DNA from: Nemertoderma westbladi
Lineage: Eukaryota; Animalia; Xenacoelomorpha
DNA length: 37,819 bases
Assembly: GCA_032718475.1 (NCBI GenBank)
Contig: JAUCBJ010000072.1
Span: 1 to 37,819 of the forward strand
Reading direction: 5' to 3'
Below the pieces are notes generated by a model, which was not told where the DNA came from, did no database searches, and saw only the letters and a program-made list of their open reading frames with translations. The translations under genes and the position numbers were made by a program. Shown piece after piece: positions 24,521-37,061 of the stretch. Numbering within the stretch: position 1 is the first letter of the stretch; each line of letters opens with the position of its first letter.

Positions 24521-25787
24521 TAAAACATATATATTTTTGCCTGGCTTCCCTTTTACATCAAGGATATACCAGCATTTTAATATTATATTCTAATCTTATA
24601 TTAATAAACTAACAAGAGTCTAAGGTTATAGAACAGAATGGGATATAATATAACAAAACAATAATACAACAAACATTTTTTATATTGTTCCCGTCGAGTG
24701 TTAGTGTATTTTTAGTATTAGTGTAATTTTAAGATAAAATAAAAAAAATTTCACAAGGGAAAAAGTAATTATTATTGAAAATGGACGCAAATCCCATCTT
24801 GGCGAATTAACATCCCGCCTCAATGTTAAATTCTCAATTTAGGAAAAGGAGCAGGTTACAGTGGCACGTTATTTTAACCAAAACAATAAACTAAACACAA
24901 TAGAACAGGTTACAGTTTTATTTTTGAGAGTAATCATCTGTTATTTGCGTCGAATTTCCCCTGGAGAGGGATTAATTTTTATTGCGTCGAAAGACCCCTC
25001 CCCTATCTGACGCACTGAATCCATTAATTATGTTAAAAGAAAGCCTTGGCTAGCATAAGATCAATTAAATTGTTCTAGGAAACATTTTGTATATTATGAA
25101 AAACAGATATAAATGGATAGGCCCTGCTGTATGGTTGTAATAAAATAAAAATTCCCGATCCCTGAAATTATAAATGCCGATTCCGTTGCAACATTATAAT
25201 ACGATACGATATGATTATCTTTATTATGCCTCTAGCACGCTATTCATTTATAATACGTAATTGTTATCGTTTCAGTTTGACTCTGGGCTGCATTGTCTAG
25301 CGAGTAGCCAGTATGTAAGCCAGTATGTCATTAAGAATAAAGGGTTACCATACCATATGCTGTGCGCATAATAAACCTCTTTATTAATTATTATACGCGT
25401 ACTAACGAGTATTATAGTAAATAAGATACTGAACACCAAACGTTTGGCTAGGAAACTATTATTAACTGCTAACACAACATTGGCACACTAGCTAAAAGGG
25501 AGCAATAAATATTGATTATTATTATTTTTCGGGTGTGAAATATTGAAAGTATAGGATTCCGTCTGAGAAACCGTCTCGTAAACTAGGAAGCGTGAACGGT
25601 TGTAATTCATTAATATTGTAAACAACAGCTAGCCGTATTTAATTATTTGTTGTAACCTTAGGAACATAGGATAAGGCCTGTGGTTTACGTAACTCAGGTC
25701 ATTGGACGATAATAAATTATCACGTCCGAGATGAGTCGTAGTAAATATATATTGTAGCAGCGTAGTAAATAGTATAGCAACCTATTA

Positions 25788-25857
25788 TAGTAGATAGTAT
25801 AGTGGGGTAGTAGATAGTATAGTGGGGTAGTAGATAGTATAGTGGGGTAGTAGATAG
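25788..25857. repeat. 20-bp tandem repeat, about 3.5 copies, upstream of the MFS start
   Basis: TAGTAGATAGTATAGTGGGG repeated. Confidence 0.8.
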
Positions 25858-26081
25858 AATTAATAGCTGCAGCGTAGTAGATGTATAGTAAAAGTGGAAT
25901 ATATGGAAGCAAAAGTAATTAATAGTAGAATAATAGATGTATAGGATAATAATAGATAATGTAGCAACACAATGGTACATATTGCGGTCAATTTGCGCCA
26001 CTATCTCTGGCAACATGACAGTATATAGTACAGCCTCGTAATCAAGATACCAGCCGCTATCCAAAACTACATTATTTTGCA

Positions 26082-27467
26082 ATGATATATGATAAACTAG
26101 ATGCCAAGGTTACCAAACCGAGACCAAGATATACGCTTACGCAATGGTTTATAGGAGCGTCGTTGTTGGCTTCCCAAGGAGCACCGGCATTATTCTACAC
26201 AATACCCCAACCTTTCTTCCCGTTGGTCGCTACACAACGGAGATGGAGTCACTCCCTGATTGGTGCGTTGTACAGTCTGGTCGCGGTAGTCCGTATCCTT
26301 AGCTACTGCGCGCTGGGCAGCCGTATAAGCCGACTCAGCAATGCTCTTAGCATCGGGGCTTTAGGGGGGACGTCCGCGGTTTCCGTGATGTTATTTGGAT
26401 TAGCGAGTTTTATAACCAACGAATGGGCCTTCGTGGTGGCGTGTTTCTCGCTGCGCGTCGTCGAGGCTGTTGGGCTAACGGCCGCTCATCTCGCCACTTA
26501 CGGTTTACTCACCCAAATATTCCGCTCCCACAGGGCTCTGGTTATAGGCGCTGCCATAGCAACCGCGCACGTAGGCAGGTGTCTGGGTCCCTCTGTGAGT
26601 GCGGTGCTGTACGATACGGGAGGCTTCTACCTTCCTTTCGTTACCTTCGGGGCGGCCCACTGCTTGGTCTGTGGCGTCAGCGCATTCATTGCACCAAGCA
26701 TAGACCAACCCACTAAATTAGTAAAAGCTGCTTCATTGACTGGACTGTATAAGAACTACATTTGTCTGCTATCGGCGTATCTACAAGTTACTTTCAATAT
26801 CGCTATGGGATTTTACGCGTCGAATTTCGCTCTCCATTTGCGGAACGACTACGCCGTGCAAGTGCAATACATCGGGCTGGTGTTTCTAATTCCGCCTTTT
26901 TTCAACTGTCTCGTCGGTTTGTTGGTAAGCGTTTCGCTCCATCGCTCCCGCAGACTGAACCCCGCTTGCGTAATGCTCGGTGGCGCCGTCTCATTGGCCC
27001 TTGCTATGCAACTGTTCGGGCCTACCGGTCTGCCTCCCAATCTCCCCACCGTTCTCATTGGTTCCGCCCTCTTTGGTCTTTCCGGCGGACTCATTTTCAC
27101 ACCCAGCTTCGAGACTCAGTCCCGCGTCGCTTTGCGTTCCATGCGATGGGCCAACGACGCTACGACTAACGCCGTAGTCAGCGCCGCCTTCCGTATAAAC
27201 AGCAACGCTGGGCTGATTATCGGCCCAGTTTTGGGTTCGGTTATCACTCAGTATATCAACTTTAGTACAGCCGCCTCCATACTCAGTATCACCATCGTTC
27301 CAGTTATTGTGGGTCTTTTAATTTTTATTATTCAAGGCGACAGCGATGTCTTGGGATTGGTCGACAATAGGCAATACAGTAAAATACCGCTAGATGACAA
27401 TATTGATGACGTCATACATCCCAACAGTGGCGCTGTAGACAGTGACTCGAGTGTTAACCAATTATAG
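26082..27467 (+). CDS. MFS transporter, SLC18B1-like; intronless, nested antisense in an AKT intron
   Basis: 461-aa intact ORF with about 12 hydrophobic segments. CFSLRVVEAVG and LGPSVSAVLYDTGGFYLPF resemble SLC18B1/VMAT-family MFS motifs. GC content is higher than the flanks. Confidence 0.88.
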   Translation: MIYDKLDAKVTKPRPRYTLTQWFIGASLLASQGAPALFYTIPQPFFPLVATQRRWSHSLIGALYSLVAVVRILSYCALGSRISRLSNALSIGALGGTSAVSVMLFGLASFITNEWAFVVACFSLRVVEAVGLTAAHLATYGLLTQIFRSHRALVIGAAIATAHVGRCLGPSVSAVLYDTGGFYLPFVTFGAAHCLVCGVSAFIAPSIDQPTKLVKAASLTGLYKNYICLLSAYLQVTFNIAMGFYASNFALHLRNDYAVQVQYIGLVFLIPPFFNCLVGLLVSVSLHRSRRLNPACVMLGGAVSLALAMQLFGPTGLPPNLPTVLIGSALFGLSGGLIFTPSFETQSRVALRSMRWANDATTNAVVSAAFRINSNAGLIIGPVLGSVITQYINFSTAASILSITIVPVIVGLLIFIIQGDSDVLGLVDNRQYSKIPLDDNIDDVIHPNSGAVDSDSSVNQL

Positions 27468-28660
27468 TCGTTTTGGGGGTAGACAGTTGTCAGACACAAA
27501 CAAAATTCATTCCTCACCAGGGGAAAATCGATGCAGATAAATGCTGCGGTTACTCGCAAAAAGAAACTACTGTAACCTGTGCTATTACCTTTCATTTATC
27601 GTTTTGGTTAGACTAATATGCTACTTTAACCTGCTCCTTTCCCATGGCCAGTGTTAATTGGCCGAGGCGAGACATTAATCCTGCCAGGTGGAGGTGGGAT
27701 TCGTGTCATTATTCACTCATATAATATGTTGTTGTTATAATATAAATTGTTTAAAAGATTAAACATCATGTTATCGTATAACTGAATATTAATAGGGTCT
27801 CCAGACTAGTGTTTAAACGGGGATAGGGACCTGGATTGTATTTTTTATTGTAAGAATATGTGGCGGGTTTTGGGTATCACTCACTTTATCTTACACTTCT
27901 GAAATATTTGTAAGATAAAGTTTTTTTTAATTATTTTGAAATTGATTACTCTACTGGATGGCTTATTACTGACATGTTATATATTCGATATAATAAAAAA
28001 CATTTATGTTCTGCTGCAACTATTTATCAGATATTAAACAAATTGATTTCACTATTATTTATACTTCGGGATCGCGTTCCAAAAAAGTTGGGATCGGGAC
28101 CGGGATTACATTTTTCGCCGGGATCCCGGTATTGCGCCATAATCTTGCTACTTGGAGTATCTGTAACCTAAACAAACTATATTCTTAAAGCCAAATTTTC
28201 AGCATATTAAGGTACTAAATTTGGACTCCTGCTTATATTTTTTAAGTTTTTATTCCAAAATTGTAACATTACTCAACGCGATTAGTATTAATAACAGCGA
28301 ATTGTAATTTAACACTTAACAACTTTAGAGGACATTACGTCATTGTATTGGCCTGTTTTGGTGTAGTAATGTCCCGACGGCGATCTGTAAAGTGACGGCG
28401 TCATTGGTTACCACGTAAACAATAGTTGACTATTTATTATTAATTGCCTGACAGCCAGATAGGCCTTCTGCATTAACTGCCGGTAGCTATTAATAACCAG
28501 TAGCTGTAAACTATTAAAATTGTTCCAAATGCCACCATAAATATAAGCTAACTTTTTTATAACATACAATTAATGTAATTTTTACATTTATTTATAACGC
28601 AACTAATTTAATTTGTGCAGTTTCTATCTCTTATAATATAATATATATACAATCATTTCG

Positions 28661-28783
28661 ACTTGTCGCAAAATACTTTACAGTGTTCTGATCCTCGTGG
28701 CTTTATTTTCACTCACTAACGTTCGTTCGTGCAACAAAGCCACTCGGATCATCACACTGTAAAGAGCTACTTTACACACAAGT
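28661..28783. mobile_element. Second small hairpin-type element
   Basis: ACTTGT/ACAAGT ends; stems CTTTACAGTGT/ACACTGTAAAG and GTGGCTTT/AAAGCCAC; loop contains CTCACTAACGTTCG. Confidence 0.6.
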
Positions 28784-29657
28784 AAGTAAATAGTTATTAC
28801 AGCAGTTTAAAAAAAATAAAGCCATAGCATGAGTTGTAGTTGGTTTGCACTCTATATCTCAATAACTCAATAATAATGAAGATGTAATAATAATAATGAT
28901 TAATAGCCTATCTGAATAAATTTTAGCTGAATTAAATTTTGAAAAAATTTTGTTATTTTAGCTGAATAAATTTTGTATCTAATTAATGCAGTTTAAATAA
29001 GTCAGTATATTTTGTTGAAGAATAGAAATGTCCAAGACTTTTACCCTTTCTTGTCCACATGAAACATTTGCTAACTTTGAAAATATTTGTGCCTTTTCTT
29101 GTCACCGTTAAACCCAATTAGAATAGACTAGAGACCTGATGACCCTTAGACCTGATGAGCAGATATAAATGGGTAGGTGTAAGGGTATGGTTTCACAGTC
29201 GTACTCGATTCCAATATGCGATGATGATAATCCCCAAGTAACAGGTTGTGGTAATACAATTGAAGAATTGTCTATTAGCAATACCGGTACGGTGGTGAAT
29301 ATTATAAAAATTAATATTGGTACTTTTGTGAGAATGTTGTAGGCATTTATTTCTCTTAGCAATAGGCAGCTTGAGGTTCTGATGACTGTTGATTGATCTT
29401 GAGAGCAAACACATTTTTTCAGGTCGATTATCTATCTAATCAGAATGTAATTAAATATTCATTGCAAAATCTTGGTGACGTTCTTTTATTGGTGTCAATT
29501 CAGAAATCCGGTCATAGAGAATTCAAGATTGAACAATGCTTCATCATCATCCGCGCTCCATGTGTAGGCAGGCATACAGTGACATTATATTAAACTAAAT
29601 TGTTGAAAGCCAAGTGGAATTTGGAATTTTTATGTGGAATTTTAGAGGAACTTTTTA

Positions 29658-29846
<189 letters not shown>

Positions 29847-29924
29847 TTATTTAGATCACACTAAGTTACTACCGGTAATTAAAAAGAACTCGTCTAAAAT
29901 AACTAAAAAAACACTATCAACCGA

Positions 29925-31000
29925 CTACTACTACTACTATCGTCATGTTGCATTATATATATATATCATATTAATAAAAAATGCTGAGCCGCTTTTGACA
30001 AAATTGCGCCGCTACAACTCACTATCACCCATGACATTTGCTAGATCATCCGCATCTTCAAAGCCAGTGTCCTTTTTTAAGATGCGCCCCAAGAATGTAA
30101 TGGGCTGTCCACCATGCTTATTCACTCCGTGAGGCCGCCATAGCACAAGATTATGCACTGGCTGGTCCTCACGGCGAAAGCAATGTCCTGCAAGGCTGAC
30201 GTGGCTCCGTTCAAGTTTCAAGCTTGGTGAGACTAATGAAAGACCTCCAATGTTAACGTGTGATTGGAGCTGTGTTTATTGTACTACACAGAGAACACGG
30301 CGTAGCACTCTTGTATAAATGCCATCCAGAGATTAGATTTAGTATTCTCTGCAGTTAGAGCCCAGGCTATATAGGAATACAGGCAGACTATTCAATGATG
30401 CCCATGCCTTCCCCCAAAGTATCCGAAGGTCTTCACCTGACTTCGAGATCCATGATCCTATGTAGCAGAAGTCATCCACATGCTCAAGCAAGCCATCCGT
30501 GAAGCTTATCTCCTTACGATCAGGCATTTGTTGACTGCTGTCAAAGTTCACTGTAAAAATTATTTTTAAATCATCTTATTGTTAATTAATTCCTCTTTGT
30601 AAAAAATCGTTTTGGAGTTTACTAAAATACCAAAACTAGAAGCAGCCTGCTCCAATGAGCAGAAGAGCCCTTGGTCACCCTCTAGTGATTCTGACAGTAC
30701 CTCTAAAACAGCAAAGTCTAGATCAGTAAAAGGTAATTAATTGACTTGGATTTCCTCCAGTGACTGCAGTACTTCTAGTACCTGTGAATGGGGGGGGGGG
30801 GGGGGGGGGGGGGTATTACCATCACCCCAACTTTAGATAGTCTAATAATAAGCACATGCATAAAACATACCAACCAAATTTATGAATAAGAATGGTGCAA
30901 GTTTCTCCGTGAAGGACTCCCCATAAGACTTCGAATGGATCTGTGTCACCATCAGCAGTAAATAGTCACACGTGTTGTAAGACCATCGAACATATCTATT
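29925..31000 (-). mobile_element. Second, more decayed copy of the same RTE-like LINE
   Basis: Collinear with about 20006-21050 (AGHCFRREDQPVHNLVLW; LEHVDDFC), same (TAG)n tail, with deletions and a poly-G insertion. Confidence 0.88.
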
Positions 31001-31043
31001 GGTGATTGCTAGGGGCTTAATGTTAACCCCCTTCCTAGGCCTC

Positions 31044-31160
31044 CCGCGCCGCGCCGCCTAGCCGCGGCGAGCCGCCAACCCGCGCCGCGCCGCCTACCCG
31101 CGGCGAGTCGCCAACCCGCGCCGCGACGCCTACCCGCGCCCGCCGCCAACCCGCCGCCTA
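31044..31160. repeat. 36-bp very GC-rich tandem repeat, about 3 copies, next to the GC donor
   Basis: CCCGCGCCGCGCCGCCTASCCGCGGCGAGYCGCCAA repeated. Confidence 0.85.
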
Positions 31161-31182
31161 CAATTTATTACAACAAACTTGC

Positions 31183-31295
31183 CTGTAAACAATATTAAGT
31201 TTGTGCAAGTATCCCAAAGCGCACACGATCTCGGCCCCATAGAAACGGGCCTTGTCCTCTGAGAAAAACTTCGCTCTCGTTAGATGGAAAAACAA
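31183..31295 (-). CDS. AKT: AKT exon: alphaD-alphaE up to the catalytic loop; GC donor
   Basis: ctttctag|, 113 nt. [37 protein letters not shown](R). Donor CAG|gcaagt, phase 2, matches the next exon. Confidence 0.95.
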
Positions 31296-31430
31296 CTAGA
31301 AAGACAAAGAGATTACAATTAATTGATTTTAAATAATATATAAATATATACGGGTCGTTTTGTATTGAAGGAATCCCAAGAAGGTATCTTTGGTCGTATT
31401 CCGTATGACTTTCCTTACAATGTACAATAC

Positions 31431-34400
31431 TATTCCTACCTCGCCACTGTTATACAGTATTCCGACCTCGCCACCGTTACAGCATTCCTACCTCACTACC
31501 GTTACAGTATTCCGACCTCGCCACCGTTACAGTATTCCCACCTCGCCACCCTTACAGTATTCCTACCTCGCCACTGTTACAGTATTCCTACCTCGCCACC
31601 GTTACAGTATTCCTACCTCGCCACCGTTACAGTATTCCTACCTCGCCACCGTTACAGTATTCCTTCCTCGCCACTGCTACAGTATTCCTACCTCGCCACT
31701 GTTACAGTATTCCCACCTCGGCACCGTTACAGTATTCCTACCTCGCCACCGTTACAGCATTCCTACCTCGCCACTGTTACAGTATTCCTACCTCGGCACC
31801 ATTACAGTATTCCTACTCCGCCCCGCCACCGTTACAGTATTCCTACTTCGCCACTGTTACAGTATTCCCACCTCGGCACCGTTACAGTATTCCTACCTCA
31901 CCACCGTTACAGTATTCCTGCCTCGCCACCGTTACAGTATTCCTACCTCGCCACCGTTACAGTATTCCTACCCGCCCCGCCACAGTTACAGTATTCCTAC
32001 CCCGTCCCGCCACCGTTACAGTATTACTACCTCGCCACCATTACAGTATTCCAACCTCGCCATTGTTACAGTATTCCTACCTCGCCACAGTTACAGTATT
32101 CCTACCCCGCCCCACCACCGTTACAGTATTCCTACCTCGCCACCGTTACAGTATTCCCACCTCGCCACCGTTACAGTATTCCTACCTCGCCACTGTTACA
32201 ATATTCCTACCTCGCCACTGTTACAGTATTCCTACCTCGCCACCGTTACAGTGTTCCTACCTCGCCACCATTACAGTATTCCTACCTCGCCACTGTTACA
32301 GTATTCCTACCTCGCCACTGTTACAGTATTCCCACCTCGGCACCATTACAGTATTCCTACCTCGCCACCGTTACAGTATTCCTACCTCGCCACTGTTACA
32401 GTATTCCCACCTCGGCACCGTTACAGTATTCCTACCTCGCCACCGTTACAGTATTCCTACCTCGCCACCGTTATACAGTATTCCTACCTCGCCACCGTTA
32501 TAGCATTCCTACCTCGCCACCGTTACAGTATTCCGACCTCGCTACCGTTACAGTATTCCCACCTCGCCACCGTTACAGTATGCCTACCTCGCCACCGTTA
32601 TACAGTATTCCTACCTCGCCACCGTTACAGCATTCCTACCTCGCCACCGTTATACAGTATTCCTACCTCGCCACCGTTACAGTATTCCTACCTCGCCACC
32701 GTTACAGCATTCCTACCTCGCCACCGTTATACAGTATTCCCACCTCGCCACCGTTACAGCATTCCCACCTCGCCACCTTTGCAGTATTCCTACCTCGCCA
32801 CCGTTACAGTATTCCTACCTCGCCACCGTTACAGTATTCCTACCTCGCCACCGTTACAGCATTCCTACCTCGCCACCGTTATACAGTATTCCCACCTCGC
32901 CACCGTTACAGCATTCCCACCTCGCCACCGTTGCAGTATTCTTACCTCGCCACCGTTACAGTATTCCTACCTCGCCACCATTACAGTATTCCTACCTCGC
33001 CACTGTTCAGTATTCCTACCCCGCCCCGCCACCGTTACAGTATTCCTACCTCACCACTGTTGCAGTATTCCCACCTCGGCACCGTTACAGTATTCCTACC
33101 TCGCCACCGTTACAGTATTCCTACCTCGCCACCGTTATAGTATTCCTACCTCGCCACCGTTACAGTATTCCTACCTCGCCACCGTTACAGTATTCCTACC
33201 CCGCCCCACCACCGTTACAGTAGTCCTACCTCGCCACCGTTATAGTATTCCTACCTCACCACCGTTACAGTATTCCTACCTCGCCACCGTTACAGTATTC
33301 CTACCTCGCCACAGTTATATTATTCCTACCTCGCCACCGTTACAGTATTCCTACCTCGCCACCGTTACAGTATTTCTACCTCGCCACCGTTACAGTATTC
33401 CTACCTCGCCACCGTTACAGTATTCCCACCTCGTCACCGTTACAGTATTCCTACCTCGCCACCGTTACTGTATTCCCACCTCGCCACCGTTACAGTATTC
33501 CTACCTCGCCACAGTTACAGTATTCCTACCCCGCCCCGCCACCGTTACAGTATTACTACCTCGCCACCGTTTCAGTATTCCAACCTCGCCACCGTTACAG
33601 TATTCCCACCTCGCCACCGTTACAGTATTCCTACCTCGCCACCGTTACAGTATTCCTACCTCGCCACCGTTACAGTATTCCTACCTAGCCACTGTTACAG
33701 TATTCCCACCTCGTCACCGTTAAAGTATTCCTACCTCGCCACCGTTACAGTATTCCTACCTCGCCACCGTTACTGTATTCCCACCTCGCCACCGTTACAG
33801 TATTCATACCTCGCCACAGTTACAGTTTTCCTACCCCGCCCCGCCACCGTTACAGTATTCCGACCTCGCCACCGTTACAGTATTACTACCTCGCCACCGT
33901 TACAGTATTCCTACCTCGCGACCGTTACAGTGTTCCAACCTCGCCACCGCACCGTTACAGTATTCCTACCTCGCCACCGTTACAGTATTCCTACCTCGCC
34001 ACCGTTACAGTATTACTACCTCGCCACCGTTACAGTATTCCGACCTCGCCACCGTTAAAGTATTACTACCTCACCACCGTTACAGTATTCCAACCTCGCC
34101 ACCGTTATAGTATTCCGACCTCGCCACCGTCACAGTATTACTACCTTGCCACCGTTACAGTATTCCTACCTCTCCACCGTTACAGTATTACTACCTCGCC
34201 ACCGTTACAGTATTCCGACCTCGCCACCGTTACAGTATTACTACCTCGCCACCGTTACAGTATTCCAACCTCGCCACCGTTACAGTATTCCTACCTCGCC
34301 ACCATTACAGTATTACTACCTCGCCACCGTTACAGTATTTCTACCTCGCCACCGTTACAGTATTACTACCTCGCCACCGTTACAGTATTCTGACCTCGTA

Positions 34401-36631
34401 ATCATTACAGTATTACTACCTCGCCAACGTTACAGTATTACTACCTCGCCACCGTTACAGTATTCCAACCTCGCCACAGTTTTAGTATTCCGACCTCGCC
34501 ACCGTTACAGTATTCCTACCTCGCCACCGTTACAGTATTTCTACCTCGCCACCGTTGCAGTATTCCAACCTCGCCTCCGTTACAGTATTACTACCTCGCC
34601 ACCATTACATTATTACAACCTCGCCACTGTTACAGTATTCCCACCTCGCCACCGTTACAGTATTACTACCTCGCCACCGTTACAGTATTCCTACATCGGC
34701 ACCGTTACAGTATTCCTCCCTCGCAACCGTTACAGTATTTTTACGTCGCCACGCCACTATTACAGTATTCCTACCTCGCTACCGTTACAGTATTCTTACC
34801 CCGCCCCGCCACCATTACAGTATTCCTACCTCGCCACCGTTACAGTATTCATACCTCGCCACCGTTACAGTATTCATACCTCGCCACCGTTACAGTATTC
34901 ATACCTCGCCACCGTTACAGTATTCCTACCTAGCCACTGTTACAGTATTCCCACCTCGTCACCGTTACAGTATTCCTACCTCGCCACCGTTACAGTATTC
35001 CTACCTCGCCACCGTTACTGTATTCCCACCTCGCCACCGTTACAGTATTCATACCTCGCTACAGTTACAGTTTTCCTACCCCGCCCCGCCACCGTTACAG
35101 TATTCCGACCTCGCCACCGTTACAGTATTACTACCTCGCCACCGTTACAGTATTCAAACCTCGCCATCGTTACAGTATTCCGACCTCGACACCGTTACAG
35201 TATTACTATCTCGCCACCGTTACAGTATTATTACCTCGCGACCGTTACAGTGTTCCAACCTCGCCACCGCACCGTTACAGTATTCCTACCTCGCCACCGT
35301 TACAGTATTCCTACCTCACCACCGTTACAGTATTACTACCTCGCCACCGTTACAGTATTCCGACCTCGCCACCGTTAAAGTATTACTACCTCACCACCGT
35401 TACAGTATTCCAACCTCGCCACCGTTATAGTATTCCGACCTCGCCACCGTCACAGTATTACTACCTTGCCACCGTTACAGTATTCCTACCTCTCCACCGT
35501 TACAGTATTACTACCTCGCCACCGTTACAGTATTCCGACCTCGCCACCGTTACAGTATTACTACCTCGCCACCGTTACAGTATTCCAACCTCGCCACCGT
35601 TACAGTATTCCTACCTCGCCACCATTACAGTATTACTACCTCGCCACCGTTACAGTATTTCTACCTCGCCACCGTTACAGTATTACTACCTCGCCACCGT
35701 TACAGTATTCTGACCTCGTAATCATTACAGTATTACTACCTCGCCAACGTTACAGTATTACTACCTCGCCACCGTTACAGTATTCCAACCTCGCCACAGT
35801 TTTAGTATTCCGACCTCGCCACCGTTACAGTATTCCTACCTCGCCACCGTTACAGTATTACTACCTCGCCACCGTTGCAGTATTCCAACCTCGCCTCCGT
35901 TACAGTATTACTACCTCGCCACCATTACATTATTACAACCTCGCCACTGTTACAGTATTCCCACCTCGCCACCGTTACAGTATTACTACCTCGCCACCGT
36001 TACAGTATTCCTACATCGGCACCGTTACAGTATTCCTCCCTCGCCACCGTTACAGTATTTTTACGTCGCCACGCCACTATTACAGTATTCCTACCTCGCT
36101 ACCGTTACAGTATTCTTACCCCGCCCCGCCACCATTACAGTATTCCTACCTCGCCACCGTTACAGTATTCATACCTCGCCACCGTTACAGTATTCATACC
36201 TCGCCACCGTTACAGTATTCATACCTCGCCACCGTTACAGTATTCCTACCTCGCCACCGTTACAGTATTCCTACCTCGCCACCGTTACAGTATTCCTACA
36301 TCGGCACCGTTACAGTATTCCTACCCCGCCACCGTTACAGTATTTTTACGTCGCCACACCACCGTTACAGTATTCCTACCTCGCCACCGTTACAGTATTC
36401 CTACCCCGCCCCGCCACCGTTACAGTATTCCTACCTCGCCACTGTTACATTATTCCTACCCCGCCACCGTTACAGTATTCCTACCTCGCCACAGTTACAG
36501 TATTCATACCTCGCCACCGTTACAGTATTCATACCTCGCCACCGTTACAGAATTCATACCTCGCCACCGTTACAGAATTCATACCTCGCCACCGTTACAG
36601 TATTCCTACCTCGCCACCGTTACAGTATTCC
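31431..36631 (-). repeat. 25-bp minisatellite (about 200 copies) derived from the AKT exon/donor junction
   Basis: Plus-strand unit TATTCCTACCTCGCCACCGTTACAG; runs without a break into the exon at 36610-36631. Confidence 0.97.
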
Positions 36632-36744
36632 ATAACGAAACAAAGTCTGTCTTTTGTTTGGAAGGAGCATCTCAACTCGGTTAGGAAGGGATGTTTAGTA
36701 ACTTGTAGAACGCGACTCTCGGAACGTAAATGGTCGACTTCGTT
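36610..36744 (-). CDS. AKT: AKT exon: alphaC helix to hinge
   Basis: ctttcag|...|gtagga, 135 nt. [45 protein letters not shown]. The last 21 nt are the first unit of the 25-bp satellite. Confidence 0.96.
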
Positions 36745-37061
36745 CTGAAAGTAAAGTTAGTTGTTATCGCGAGGAACGAGAGACGCTCATCGCAATGAAA
36801 TGAAAGTGATCCCAAGTGAAAATGAGCGCATCAGCAAAATAAAAACATTCAATCGCTAAAGCATTTTGAATAGCACTATTATTAACTGGAACGTTTCACA
36901 CCTTACGATGGCATGAAGAAAGTCTTGAATTGCAAAAGAGTAGAGGCTTCAACTAAATGTAGGTGGCAAGAAAATATACAGTAGGCCTACAAATTTCTAG
37001 AAAGTAGAAGTTTAAGGGCAAGAAAATAATATAAAAATTAGAATAGACTCACAGTCCTTAC

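Noticed and set aside
18812-25195. TGTTGCAACGG / CCGTTGCAACA inverted pair as ends of a 6.4-kb transposon
   Set aside because: Only about 11 bp match and there is no TSD; more likely separate MITE remnants.
29136-29200. Two CTGATGA motifs (hammerhead ribozyme core)
   Set aside because: No downstream GAAA or compatible stems.
29412-29593. Possible plus-strand exon after TTTTTTCAG|G
   Set aside because: The translation has no recognisable homology and no partner exons were found.
31365-36684. Long plus-strand ORFs (up to 777 aa, [10 protein letters not shown] repeats)
   Set aside because: They are translations of the 25-bp satellite in overlapping frames, antisense to the AKT intron. The unit is not a multiple of 3 and simply lacks stops.
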